From: Candidatus Tanganyikabacteria bacterium
GTDB lineage: Bacteria > Cyanobacteriota > Sericytochromatia > S15B-MN24 > VGJW01
Direction of reading: 5' to 3'
Length of the DNA: 64,000 bases
NCBI GenBank assembly: GCA_016867265.1
Contig: VGJW01000015.1
Location: 1,056-65,055, forward strand
Below the pieces are notes generated by a model that did not search any database, was not told the origin of the DNA, and saw nothing but the letters and a program-made list of their open reading frames with translations. Below, one piece after another: positions 37,864 through 47,022 of the stretch; position 1 is the first letter of the stretch, and each line of letters opens with the position of its first letter. Made by a program: the position numbers and the translations under genes.

Positions 37864-38234
37864 TCGGCATGCCCGAGCCCATCGGCCCCGTCGGATCGGG
37901 GATGGCGCTGCCGGCCCCGGCCGTCGGTCCGCGATCGGGCCCGAGCTTCGCCGAGGTCCTTGGTGACCGCGCTCGCGTCCAGCCCGTCAAGCTGTCCAGC
38001 CACGCCGAAGCCCGCCTCAAGGCCCGCAACATTGCCTGGGACGAGAGCCGCCAGCGCCAACTGGACCAGCTGGTTCAGAAGGCCGCCGGCAAGGGTGCCC
38101 GGGAATCCCTCGTCCTGATGGACGACGTGGCCCTCGTCGTCTCCGTCCGCAACCATACCGTCATCACCGCCGTCGACCACCAGAGCCTCAAGGACAACGT
38201 GTTCACGAACATCGACTCCGCCATCATCGCCTGA
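37860..38234 (+). CDS. small flagellar-operon protein between flgD and flgE (resembles the TIGR02530 flagellar operon protein family of Firmicutes/spirochaetes)
   Basis: A 124-aa product whose position and ...KLSSHAEARLKARNI...ESLVLMDDVALVVSVRNHTVITAVD pattern are consistent with my recollection of that family. Confidence 0.5.
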   Translation: MIGMPEPIGPVGSGMALPAPAVGPRSGPSFAEVLGDRARVQPVKLSSHAEARLKARNIAWDESRQRQLDQLVQKAAGKGARESLVLMDDVALVVSVRNHTVITAVDHQSLKDNVFTNIDSAIIA

Positions 38235-38316
38235 CACCCCCCACCCTCGGGCCGGACCCCTCGGGGAGGCCCATCGCCGGGACTGAAGTTTCCCGGCATC
38301 CCCAAGAGGAGGTCCC

Positions 38317-40848
38317 ATGCTTCGTTCGCTGGATTCCGGCGTGTCCGGATTGCGCAACCACCAACTCAAGATCGACGTCATCGGCAACAACATCGCCAAC
38401 GTCAACACCGTCGGCTTCAAGAGCCAGCGCGTCGAGTTCCAGAACCTGCTGAACCAGACCCTTTCGGTCGGTACGTCGGGCGAAGGCGGACGCGCCGGCA
38501 CCAATCCGCAGCAGGTCGGTCTGGGCGTGGGTGTGGGCTCGATCACGAGCATCCATACCCAAGGCGCCTTGCAGGGCACCGGCAAGAGCACAGACCTTGC
38601 CATCCAAGGCGAGGGCTTCTTCGTCGTCAGCGACGGCAGCCGCAACTTCTACACCCGCGACGGAAGCTTCGACTTCGACAAGACGGGCAGCTTTATCCGC
38701 CCGGCCAACGGCCTCAAGGTCATGGGCTGGACCACGGCAAACGGCGTCATCGACACCACGGCCGAACCCGCTCCCATCCGTGTGGCCCGGGGCCAGAACC
38801 TGCAACCCAAGGCCACCGGTTCCGTGCGGATCAAGGGCAACCTGCGCTCCGACAGCGTCGACACGATGATCACGGGTATCCTCAAGGCGACGCCCAAGGG
38901 CGCGGCGGAGGCTGGCATGGTCGTCCTGCAGCATAACATCCTCAACTCGAAGAACCAGGTCATCCACGGCACGATCACGATGATCAATGACCCCGGGACG
39001 CTGACGTGGCAGGTCAGCTACCGGCCGCGTGCAGGCGACCTCGACGCCGACCAGCTGACCAACCCCAACGAACAGGGGCTCGGTACCTTGACCTTCGACA
39101 CCTCGGGCCGCCTCACCAGCAACACGCTGGGGGCCATCCGCCTCGCCTTCACGCAGGAGAGCGGTGCAAACGCCATCGAGTCCCAGGTCATCCCCAGCCA
39201 GTTGCAGATGAACTCCGAGGTCCCGCGCTCGCGCCTGGGCTTCGACAACATCGCGGGCCTGATCAGCGGCAACTTGCAGCCGGCGGTGCTCAAGGTACCC
39301 GCGACGCTGGGCGGCCTGTTGGCCCCTGCGGCGGTCGGACCCAAGGACGTCAGGCGGCCCATGAATCTGCGCGTCGCCAGCGGCAACACCATCGAAGGCG
39401 AGCTCAGCCTGCGCAACACCCAAGGCAGCAACACCTGGTCCGTCTCCTACCTGCCCAAGAGCGGCACAACGGGCCAGGACAAGCTTCGCTTTGCCGACGA
39501 GCAGAATCTGGGTGTCATCAACTTCGACCCCGTAACCGGGGAACCGGTCGGAACCATCAGCCTCAAGGACATCAAACTGCTGGCCAAGGACACCGTCACG
39601 CCCACGCTCGTCACGGTGACCGTCCCGACCCTCGCGACGGGCTCGGCCCTGAAACTGGGTGCAACGGACGCGGTAGAGGCGAACCTTGGTGCAACCGTCA
39701 GCGACGCCGTCGTCAAGGAGACGCGCTTCGACATCGCCAACGCCCGGACCTACAGTGCGGAGACCGGCCTTGTCGGTAGTCAGGTCGTCACGGGCAAGCT
39801 CGTCGTCCGCAACGCCCCCGGCGAGGCCACCTGGTCCGTAACCTACGTCCCGGACGACACGCCCGAGAACCGCGGTCTCATCAACTCGACGGGTGAGCAG
39901 CAGTTGGGATCGTTCAGCTTTGATACGGACGGCAAGCTGACCACCACCGACCTCGAGCCCATCCGGTTGCAGTACCAGAACCTGAGCACGCCCGACGTGA
40001 CGGCCCATCTGGACTTCGGCGACATCGGCTTCGACCCCAATGAGACCAAGGGTCTCGCGGAGGTCGTCCAGACCTCGGGCAAGACCGATGCCGGTTCGTA
40101 CACGATGTCGATGAACTTCTTCGACTCGCTGGGCAACTCGCACTCGGGGAACATCCTGTTTACCCGCGACCTGGAGCAACAGGCCGACGCCGACGGTCGT
40201 TCCAAGTGGCGGGTCTCGTTCGGCATCGTGGACCCCCAGGTCAAGAACGACCTGAAGGCCCTGCCCGGTCCGGGCGTGGGTGCCTTCCCCATCGACCTCG
40301 GCTACATCATCTTCGACAACGGCGGTCTTCCTGTCGACGTCAACCTGTCGCCACTCAAGCTCAACTACACTTCAGGCGCCGCGCCCTCGACGATCTCGTT
40401 CGACCCCGGCAAGCGCGGGGATACGCTGGGCCTGACGCAGTTCCTGACGACCTCGACGGCCATCATCGACGACCAGGATGGCTACTCCACCGGCACATTG
40501 CAGGGCTTCAACATCGACTCCAACGGCTATGTCTCGGGCGTCTTCACGAACGGCCAGATCCGGCAGTTGGCTCAGATTGCCCTGGCCTCGTTCAACAATC
40601 CGAACGGCCTCGTCAACGAAGGCAGCAACATGTGGTCGGTCGGCAACGCGTCCGGCGACGCGCAGGTCGGCACCGCCGGTTCAGCGGGACGCGGGCTGCT
40701 GGCCTCGTCCAACCTCGAGACGTCCAACGTCGATCTGGCGGCCTCGTTCTCGGAACTGATCATCTCCCAGCGCGGTTTCCAAGCCAACTCCCGCATCATC
40801 ACCACCTCGGACGAAGTTCTGCAGGAGCTGATGGGACTGAAGCGCTGA
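38317..40848 (+). CDS. flgE: flagellar hook protein FlgE, unusually long (843 aa) with four internal ~50-aa repeats
   Basis: An N-terminal rod/hook motif (IDVIGNNIANVNTVGFK) and a C-terminal ...ASSNLETSNVDLAASFSELIISQRGFQANSRIITTSDEVLQELMGLKR. The SD AGAGGAGG precedes it. Confidence 0.9.
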   Translation: MLRSLDSGVSGLRNHQLKIDVIGNNIANVNTVGFKSQRVEFQNLLNQTLSVGTSGEGGRAGTNPQQVGLGVGVGSITSIHTQGALQGTGKSTDLAIQGEGFFVVSDGSRNFYTRDGSFDFDKTGSFIRPANGLKVMGWTTANGVIDTTAEPAPIRVARGQNLQPKATGSVRIKGNLRSDSVDTMITGILKATPKGAAEAGMVVLQHNILNSKNQVIHGTITMINDPGTLTWQVSYRPRAGDLDADQLTNPNEQGLGTLTFDTSGRLTSNTLGAIRLAFTQESGANAIESQVIPSQLQMNSEVPRSRLGFDNIAGLISGNLQPAVLKVPATLGGLLAPAAVGPKDVRRPMNLRVASGNTIEGELSLRNTQGSNTWSVSYLPKSGTTGQDKLRFADEQNLGVINFDPVTGEPVGTISLKDIKLLAKDTVTPTLVTVTVPTLATGSALKLGATDAVEANLGATVSDAVVKETRFDIANARTYSAETGLVGSQVVTGKLVVRNAPGEATWSVTYVPDDTPENRGLINSTGEQQLGSFSFDTDGKLTTTDLEPIRLQYQNLSTPDVTAHLDFGDIGFDPNETKGLAEVVQTSGKTDAGSYTMSMNFFDSLGNSHSGNILFTRDLEQQADADGRSKWRVSFGIVDPQVKNDLKALPGPGVGAFPIDLGYIIFDNGGLPVDVNLSPLKLNYTSGAAPSTISFDPGKRGDTLGLTQFLTTSTAIIDDQDGYSTGTLQGFNIDSNGYVSGVFTNGQIRQLAQIALASFNNPNGLVNEGSNMWSVGNASGDAQVGTAGSAGRGLLASSNLETSNVDLAASFSELIISQRGFQANSRIITTSDEVLQELMGLKR

Positions 40849-40853
40849 CGTAG

Positions 40854-41825
40854 ATGAGCCTGGCTGCCCCCGGTCCCGTCGAGGGTCCCCGCCCCGTGGC
40901 GGAGTACTCCGGCGTGACCGGGGGCGTGCCGCCTGTATCCGGCCGCGCGGGGAGTCCCCAGGGCCAGGAAGACAAGCCCGTCCCCACCGCGGAAGGGCCA
41001 GACGGAGCCCGTCGCGCCCTCGAGGATGCGGGGCTGCCGACGACGCCCGCGACACGAAGCCTCGTCCAGGCCATGGCCCAGGCCGGCCTGCCGGCAACCC
41101 CCGCGATGCTGCGCCGCCTGGTGGCCAATTGGCCGGATATCCCTGCCGAGATGCGCGCCACGGCCCTCGGACTCGCGGCACGGGGCCTGGTGCCGACGGC
41201 CGCCCTACTGGCCCAGGGCCCGCCGGACCAGGGCCCGCCACGACCGGCCCAGACGATCCGGAGCTGGATGTCCCGACTTGGCCATCCCGCCCTGACGTTG
41301 CTCGCCGGCGAGGGGGATCCCCTCGCATCGCTCATGACGTGGATCGATCGCCTGACGCCGCCCGAAGCACGGCTCGCCCGACAGCTGCGCGACCCGTCTG
41401 CAGGCGACACGTTCCCGGATCCGGGGCCGAGGTCCGGCGAATGGCCGACGGAAGAGGCCTGGCCCCAGGGCTTCGCCCGAATGGTCGACCCTGCCGCACC
41501 TTGGACCATTCCGTTGGCGTGGGGGCCCTGGACCGGCACTTGGACCCACTGGGACCGGGATGCCCGCACTTCGGCAGGGCCGGCAGACGCGGAGCAAGCA
41601 TGGCGAACCGTCCTCGCCCTCGAGCATCCCGAATGCGGTCGGGTACGCCTGCATCTCGCCGGCGCAGGCAGGCAACTGGTCGTGCGCATCCAGGCCGAAG
41701 ACCCGGCGCTGCGCGAAGCCCTCGCGGCCCTCGTGCCCGAAGTCTCGGCCCGCGTCGCGGAACTGGGCTGGATCGGTCCGCCCTGGGCCGTCGACGCAAC
41801 GGACAAGGAGCCCCATGGCTCCTGA
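40854..41825 (+). CDS. hypothetical protein in flagellar operon (323 aa, Ala/Pro-rich)
   Basis: An ORF in an operonic position between flgE and the FlhB-C-like gene, with no recognisable domain. Confidence 0.5.
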   Translation: MSLAAPGPVEGPRPVAEYSGVTGGVPPVSGRAGSPQGQEDKPVPTAEGPDGARRALEDAGLPTTPATRSLVQAMAQAGLPATPAMLRRLVANWPDIPAEMRATALGLAARGLVPTAALLAQGPPDQGPPRPAQTIRSWMSRLGHPALTLLAGEGDPLASLMTWIDRLTPPEARLARQLRDPSAGDTFPDPGPRSGEWPTEEAWPQGFARMVDPAAPWTIPLAWGPWTGTWTHWDRDARTSAGPADAEQAWRTVLALEHPECGRVRLHLAGAGRQLVVRIQAEDPALREALAALVPEVSARVAELGWIGPPWAVDATDKEPHGS

Positions 41826-42132
41826 GGTTCCCGCCATCGGCGACAGTCGCGAACCGAGCGTCCAGCGCCGGGCCGTGGCCCTGCGGTACGACCCTGAACG
41901 GGATGCGGCACCTGTCGTGGTGGCCGCAGGGATGGGGGCGCTTGCCGAACGGATCATCGAGGCGGCCAAGGCCGCAGGCGTTCCGTTGCACCATGACATC
42001 CAGCTGGTGGCGGCCCTCGCGCAGCTCGATCTGGGCGAAAGCATCCCCGCCTCCCTGTATCCTGTGATCGCGGAGTTGCTGGTCATGGTCCAGCGCGCAG
42101 GCAAGGGCACGCAGGAAGGTCGGTCCCCATGA
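41815..42132 (+). CDS. FlhB C-terminal domain-like protein (EscU/YscU/FlhB family fragment, YlqH-like)
   Basis: AVALRYDPERDAAPVVVAAGMGALAERIIEAAKAAGVPLHHDIQLVAAL...IPASLYPVIAELLVMV matches the FlhB cytoplasmic domain without the NPTH site. The ATG at 41815 has AAGGAG upstream. Confidence 0.75.
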   Translation: MAPEVPAIGDSREPSVQRRAVALRYDPERDAAPVVVAAGMGALAERIIEAAKAAGVPLHHDIQLVAALAQLDLGESIPASLYPVIAELLVMVQRAGKGTQEGRSP

Positions 42133-42347
42133 TTCGCATGACGCGGCTGAACGACCAAGTCATCGTCGTGAATGCCGACCTGATCGAGAGTCTGGAGGCC
42201 ACCCCGGACACGGTCGTCACGCTCACCACCGACCGCAAATATGTGGTAAGAGAGTCGGTTGACGAGCTGATCAATCGCATCATAGCCTACCGTCGGGCCT
42301 GTGCCGTACCTTTGGGGCTCGGCTCCCGCGACCCTGGAGACACGTAG
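42129..42347 (+). CDS. flbD: flagellar protein FlbD
   Basis: MIRMTRLNDQVIVVNADLIESLEATPDTVVTLTTDRKYVVRESVDELINRII is the FlbD consensus. ATGA-coupled. Confidence 0.85.
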   Translation: MIRMTRLNDQVIVVNADLIESLEATPDTVVTLTTDRKYVVRESVDELINRIIAYRRACAVPLGLGSRDPGDT

Positions 42348-43130
42348 CTGGAAATCTCGACCCTGATCGGGCTCATTCTTGGCTGGGGCGGCATCATCAT
42401 CGCCTATGTCCTCGACGGTGGGCACCTGGGAGCCCTGGTGGTTCCGACTGCCGCCATGATTGTCTTCGGGGGCACCTTCGGGACGCTCTTCATCGCCTTC
42501 CCGATGAAGGATGTGCTCACGATCCCCAAGCTCATCGGCTTCACCTTCTCGAAGAATCCGCTCGAGCCTCACACGATCATCCCGCAGATGATCCGCTACG
42601 CCGAAAAGGCCCGCAAGGACGGCCTGCTGGCGCTTGAGGCCGATGTCCAGGCCGCCCCGGACGAGTTCCTCAAGAAGGGCATGCAGATGGTCTCGGACGG
42701 CATCGACATCAAGACCGTCCGCGAGATGCTGGAGACCGAGCTGGCCTTCATCGCGACCCGCCACGCGGGCGGTATCGCGATGTTCGAGGCCGCGGGCGGC
42801 TTTGCCCCCACAATGGGGATCATCGGCACGGTCATGGGCATGGTCCACATTCTGGGCAGCCTGGGCGGAGACTCGGACCCCGCGGCGCTGGCCCCCGCCA
42901 TCGGCGTCGCCTTCATCGCCACCCTGTACGGGGTGTTCTCGGCCAACCTTCTCTGGCTGCCCATGGGCACCAAGCTCAAGAAGCGTTCCGAAGAGGAAAT
43001 CCTGGTTCGCGAACTGATGCTGGAAGGCATCCTGTCGATCCAGGCCGGCGACAACCCGCAGATCGTCGAGGAAAAGCTCAAGGGCTACCTGTCGCCTGCG
43101 GTGCGCGCCACCATCACCAAGGAAGAATGA
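42348..43130 (+). CDS. motA: flagellar stator protein MotA; the N-terminus aligns to the codon immediately after the flbD TAG, which is a CTG with no canonical start
   Basis: LEISTLIGLILGWGG...AAMIVFGGTFGT aligns with the MotA N-terminus (MDxxSLIGIIL...). The nearest in-frame ATG (42438) would remove the first TM helix. Confidence 0.75.
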   Translation: MEISTLIGLILGWGGIIIAYVLDGGHLGALVVPTAAMIVFGGTFGTLFIAFPMKDVLTIPKLIGFTFSKNPLEPHTIIPQMIRYAEKARKDGLLALEADVQAAPDEFLKKGMQMVSDGIDIKTVREMLETELAFIATRHAGGIAMFEAAGGFAPTMGIIGTVMGMVHILGSLGGDSDPAALAPAIGVAFIATLYGVFSANLLWLPMGTKLKKRSEEEILVRELMLEGILSIQAGDNPQIVEEKLKGYLSPAVRATITKEE

Positions 43131-43134
43131 TTCC

Positions 43135-43899
43135 GTGGGCAAGAAGCGGGGTCACAAGGGCGGCAGCCACGCCAACCACGAGCGCTGGCTGCTGACGTAT
43201 GCCGACCTCATCACGCTGCTGTTGATCTACTTCATCATCCTGTTCTCGATGTCGTCGATCGACGCCAGCAAGTTCAAGAAGATGGCGGACGCAATGGCGA
43301 GCGTCTTCAACCCGACGGCCTCCTCGGGCGGCGGCAACGATGCGGTCTTGCCCCCCGCGAGCGACATGGTCATCCCGCCGGTGGCGCCCATGTATGCCAA
43401 GGAGGAATCCGAATTCGAGGAGATGGCCGACAAGGTCGAGAAATTGGCCGAACAACTGGGCGCCAGCGCTTCCTTCGACGTCCACATGGAGAAGCGCGGG
43501 CTCGTCATCTCCATCGCCGACTCGGCGCTGTTCGCCGCGGGCTCTGCCGACCTGGATCCGAAGACCCGCGAAATGCTCGGCAAGGTCAGCGGCCTGGCCG
43601 CCAAGACCGGCAACAGCCTGCGGATCGAAGGCCACACGGACAACACGCCCATACGTTCGGCCCGGTTCCCGAGCAATTGGGAACTCTCCACGGCCCGCGC
43701 CACCGCCGTGGTCCGGCACCTTGTCGACACGGGTGCCCTGCCTCCGTCACGGGTCTCGGCGGCCGGCTACGGCGACACCTTCCCCAAGGCCCCGAACGAC
43801 TCCCAGGCCAACCGTTCCCGGAACCGGAGAGTCGATATCGTGGTCCTGAGCGATGCTACAATGGCGCAGGAACCCATGAAGCCTGCTCCCGGAGACTGA
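43135..43899 (+). CDS. motB: flagellar stator protein MotB (OmpA-like C-terminal domain)
   Basis: A TM helix with conserved Asp (LLTYADLITLL) and an OmpA-like domain (RIEGHTDNTP...NRRVDIVV). GTG start. Confidence 0.85.
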   Translation: MGKKRGHKGGSHANHERWLLTYADLITLLLIYFIILFSMSSIDASKFKKMADAMASVFNPTASSGGGNDAVLPPASDMVIPPVAPMYAKEESEFEEMADKVEKLAEQLGASASFDVHMEKRGLVISIADSALFAAGSADLDPKTREMLGKVSGLAAKTGNSLRIEGHTDNTPIRSARFPSNWELSTARATAVVRHLVDTGALPPSRVSAAGYGDTFPKAPNDSQANRSRNRRVDIVVLSDATMAQEPMKPAPGD

Positions 43900-43905
43900 C
43901 CCCCC

Positions 43906-44478
43906 ATGGCCACCAAGAAGGGCGAGCCCAAGGCGGGCAATCCCGCCCTCTCCCCGAGAATCATCGTGGGCATGCTGGCGGTCGCGGTCATTGCCTCCGT
44001 CAGTTCGTTCATTGCCATCCGCCTGGCCCTGCCCAAGCAGATCATTGTTGAGCAGCGCACGATCGTGGAACACGAAACGGGTACGCACGAGGCGACCAAG
44101 TCGAGCGAACTGTGGACACTGACCGAGCCCTTCATCGTCAATCTCTCGGACCCCAAGCGGCGCTTCCTCAAGACCACTGTGACCCTGCGGCTCTCCAAGC
44201 CGGCCCCGCCCGCAGGCGAACACGGCGCCGAGGGCGGCGAGGGTGGCCATGGCGCACCCGCCAAGGGCCCGAGTCCCTTCATCCAGTCCCTCGCTCCCTT
44301 CCAGCCGGTTTTCCGGGACACCATCATCCGCACCCTGCGCAAGCAGACGACGGTCACGCTTCAGGATCCGGACCGCGTGAAGTCGGAAATGAAGGTTGCC
44401 CTCAACTTGATGCGGCGTGATGACGAAGGAATTCCGGAGACCCTTGAGGTCTACTTCGGAGAATTCGTCGTCCAGTAG
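43906..44478 (+). CDS. fliL: flagellar basal body-associated protein FliL
   Basis: A single TM segment followed by the FliL domain (...FIVNLSDPKRRFLKTTVTLRL...ETLEVYFGEFVVQ). Confidence 0.8.
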   Translation: MATKKGEPKAGNPALSPRIIVGMLAVAVIASVSSFIAIRLALPKQIIVEQRTIVEHETGTHEATKSSELWTLTEPFIVNLSDPKRRFLKTTVTLRLSKPAPPAGEHGAEGGEGGHGAPAKGPSPFIQSLAPFQPVFRDTIIRTLRKQTTVTLQDPDRVKSEMKVALNLMRRDDEGIPETLEVYFGEFVVQ

Positions 44479-44483
44479 CTTCC

Positions 44484-45500
44484 GTGTCAGACATCCTCAG
44501 CCAGAACGAAATCGACGCCCTGATGGCCGCCCTGGCCAAGGGCGAGGTGGCTGCCGATCGTCCGGGTGATGCCGCGGAGAGCGACGAGTCCGGCGTCAAG
44601 GCCAAGGCGGTTTGGGCCTATGACTTCCGGCGCCAGAGCAAATTCTCCAAGGACCACATCCGCACCCTGTCGATGCTGCACGACGGCTTCGCCCGGCTCG
44701 TGTCGACGCTCTGGGCAGGCATGTTCCGCGTGATGGCGACCTGCGAGGTCGTATCCGTCGAGCAGATGACCTTTGACGAATACTCGCGGTCGCTGCCGGG
44801 CCCAACCATCATGACGACCTTCTCGATGAAGCCCCTCGTCGGCTCGGCCCTGCTCGAGATCAACCTCGACCTCGCATCGATCATGATCGACCGGCTGCTG
44901 GGCGGCCCCGGCAAGGTCAGCCGTATCCGCCGCGACCTGACGGATATCGAGCGTCAGCTCATCACCAACATCTCCAACCGGACGCTTTCGGCCCTGCAAG
45001 AGTCCTGGGTCAGCCTGGTGCAGTTCGATCCTGTCATCGAGAACATCGAGACCAATCCCCGGTTCGTCCAGCTCGTACCTGCGACGGACCCCGTCGCCCT
45101 CGTGACGCTTGAGGTCAAGCTCGGCGAGAATACGGGCCCCGTCAGCATCTGCCTGCCGTACATGGTCCTCGAGAAGGTCATGACCAACCTGGGCTCCCAG
45201 TACATGTTCGCGACCCAGAAGCTGGCACAGACCGACGATTTCCGTCTCAGGCTGAACGAGCGTGTCGTGCAGACGCAGGTGCCGCTTACGGCAGTGCTGG
45301 GTTCCACGGTCCTGTCGGTGCAGGACGTCCTGCAGTTGCAGCGTGGCGACGTCGTGGCGCTCGAGCAGGGTCACGATCGGGACATCGAGGTGAGGGTGGG
45401 CGACCGCACCAAGTTCAAGGCCAGACCGGGTACGTGCCGCAGCCATATGGCCGTCCACATTACCGAAGTCGTCCTCGAGGAAGGCGAACCCCATGACTGA
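44484..45500 (+). CDS. fliM: flagellar motor switch protein FliM
   Basis: MSDILSQNEIDALMAAL... (the CheY-P binding N-terminus) plus the FliM middle domain and a C-terminal SpoA domain. GTG start. Confidence 0.9.
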   Translation: MSDILSQNEIDALMAALAKGEVAADRPGDAAESDESGVKAKAVWAYDFRRQSKFSKDHIRTLSMLHDGFARLVSTLWAGMFRVMATCEVVSVEQMTFDEYSRSLPGPTIMTTFSMKPLVGSALLEINLDLASIMIDRLLGGPGKVSRIRRDLTDIERQLITNISNRTLSALQESWVSLVQFDPVIENIETNPRFVQLVPATDPVALVTLEVKLGENTGPVSICLPYMVLEKVMTNLGSQYMFATQKLAQTDDFRLRLNERVVQTQVPLTAVLGSTVLSVQDVLQLQRGDVVALEQGHDRDIEVRVGDRTKFKARPGTCRSHMAVHITEVVLEEGEPHD

Positions 45501-46653
45501 CGCCATGTCGCGCGACCAGCAGGACGCCCTCGTCGAGATCATGGGCAATGCCCTGGGCGCGGGCGGATCCACCCTGTCCATTCTGCTCAATCGCCAGGTC
45601 GAGATCCGCCAACCCCGGACCCGCATCATCACCGTCAACGAGTTGTCCGGCATCCTGTCCGGCCCGGCGGTGGCCGTCGAGATTCACTTCGAGATCCAGG
45701 GCGCTATCGTCAACTGCTTCTACTTCGTCAAGGAAGACGCCGCGCGCATCACCGACCTGATGATGGGTGGCGAGGGCTCCCCGCCAGATTTCGAGATAGA
45801 CGAACTGCGCCAGAGCGCGATGTCCGAGGCCGTCAACCAGATGATGGGCATGGCCGCCAACGGCCTGACGGGAGCGTACGGTACCAAGGTCGACATCAGC
45901 CCGCCCGTGACGACCGTCGTGGATTATCCCGCGGACCTGTCCCTGCCGCCCGACTTCGGGTCCGGGCCATGGGTCCTCGTCACCAGCTCATTCGAAATCG
46001 AAGGCCTGGTGCAGTCGGAGTTGCAGCAGTTGCTGCCTGTTGCCGATGCCGTTCGCATGACGGAGCGCCTGAGGCCGGAGCCCCGGGCGTCGGCGCCGAC
46101 GGCCCGGGCCGTGGACCTCGACACCCAGAATATCGCGGCAGCCATCCCTCACGTGCCGGCACCGCCCCTGGGTGCCCAACGTCCGGACGCCGGCGGACAG
46201 GATCTGGCAGCCATGTTCGGCATTGGCCAAGGCGCGCAAGGCATGCCGCAGGGAATGCCCCAAGGGATGCCCCAGAGCGTCCCGATGGGCTATCCGGCAG
46301 CCGCCGCAACCCGCGAGCCACCATCGGTTCATCCCGCGCAGTTTGCGCCGCTGACCCAAGGCCAGCTGGGGGCCCAGATTCCTTCGAGCCTCGACCTGAT
46401 CCTCGACGTGCCGCTCAAGGTCACGGTCGAGCTCGGTCGGACGCGGATGCAGATTCGCGAGGTCCTCGACCTGGCCAACGGCTCTGTCGTCGAACTGGAC
46501 AAACTCGCCGGCGAACCCGTGGACCTGCTAGTCAATGGTAAGCTGATTGCCCGGGGCGAGGTCGTCGTGATCGACGAGAACTTCGGCATTCGCGTCACCG
46601 ATATCGTCAGCCAGGCCGAGCGCCTGAGCGGCTTCCGCAAGTCGGATTTCTGA
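45493..46653 (+). CDS. fliY: flagellar switch protein FliY (CheC-like domain fused to FliN/SpoA domain)
   Basis: An N-terminal CheC-like region and a C-terminal FliN domain (LDLILDVPLKVTVELGRTRMQIREVLDL...GEVVVIDENFGIRVTDIV). Contains a GMPQ x3 repeat. Confidence 0.85.
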   Translation: MTDAMSRDQQDALVEIMGNALGAGGSTLSILLNRQVEIRQPRTRIITVNELSGILSGPAVAVEIHFEIQGAIVNCFYFVKEDAARITDLMMGGEGSPPDFEIDELRQSAMSEAVNQMMGMAANGLTGAYGTKVDISPPVTTVVDYPADLSLPPDFGSGPWVLVTSSFEIEGLVQSELQQLLPVADAVRMTERLRPEPRASAPTARAVDLDTQNIAAAIPHVPAPPLGAQRPDAGGQDLAAMFGIGQGAQGMPQGMPQGMPQSVPMGYPAAAATREPPSVHPAQFAPLTQGQLGAQIPSSLDLILDVPLKVTVELGRTRMQIREVLDLANGSVVELDKLAGEPVDLLVNGKLIARGEVVVIDENFGIRVTDIVSQAERLSGFRKSDF

Positions 46654-46657
46654 AGTC

Positions 46658-47017
46658 ATGAAGAACATCCTGATCGTAGATGATGCAGCGTTCATGCGCC
46701 TGATGCTGAAGGACATCCTTACGGCACACGGCTTCAACGTGGTCGCCGAGGCCAAGACCGGCGTCGAGGCCGTCGCGTTTTACGAGCAGCACCAAGTGGA
46801 CCTCGTGACGATGGACATCACCATGCCCGAGATGGATGGCCTGACAGCCACGCGCCACATCCTGAACAAGGACCCCAAGGCCAGGATCATCGTCTGCTCG
46901 GCCATGGGCCAGCAGGCCATGGTGCTCGAGGCCATCCAGAGCGGGGCCAGGGACTTCATCGTCAAGCCCTTTCAGGCCGACCGGGTCGTGGACGCCGTCA
47001 AGAAAGCCCTGCGCTGA
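46658..47017 (+). CDS. cheY: chemotaxis response regulator CheY
   Basis: A single REC domain (DDAAFMR...DITMPEMDG...KPF). Confidence 0.9.
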   Translation: MKNILIVDDAAFMRLMLKDILTAHGFNVVAEAKTGVEAVAFYEQHQVDLVTMDITMPEMDGLTATRHILNKDPKARIIVCSAMGQQAMVLEAIQSGARDFIVKPFQADRVVDAVKKALR

Positions 47018-47022
47018 CCGCC

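Noticed and set aside
46230-46275. 12-bp x3 repeat (GMPQ)3 inside fliY.
   Set aside because: A short low-complexity linker between the CheC-like and FliN domains. It is probably just a flexible linker.
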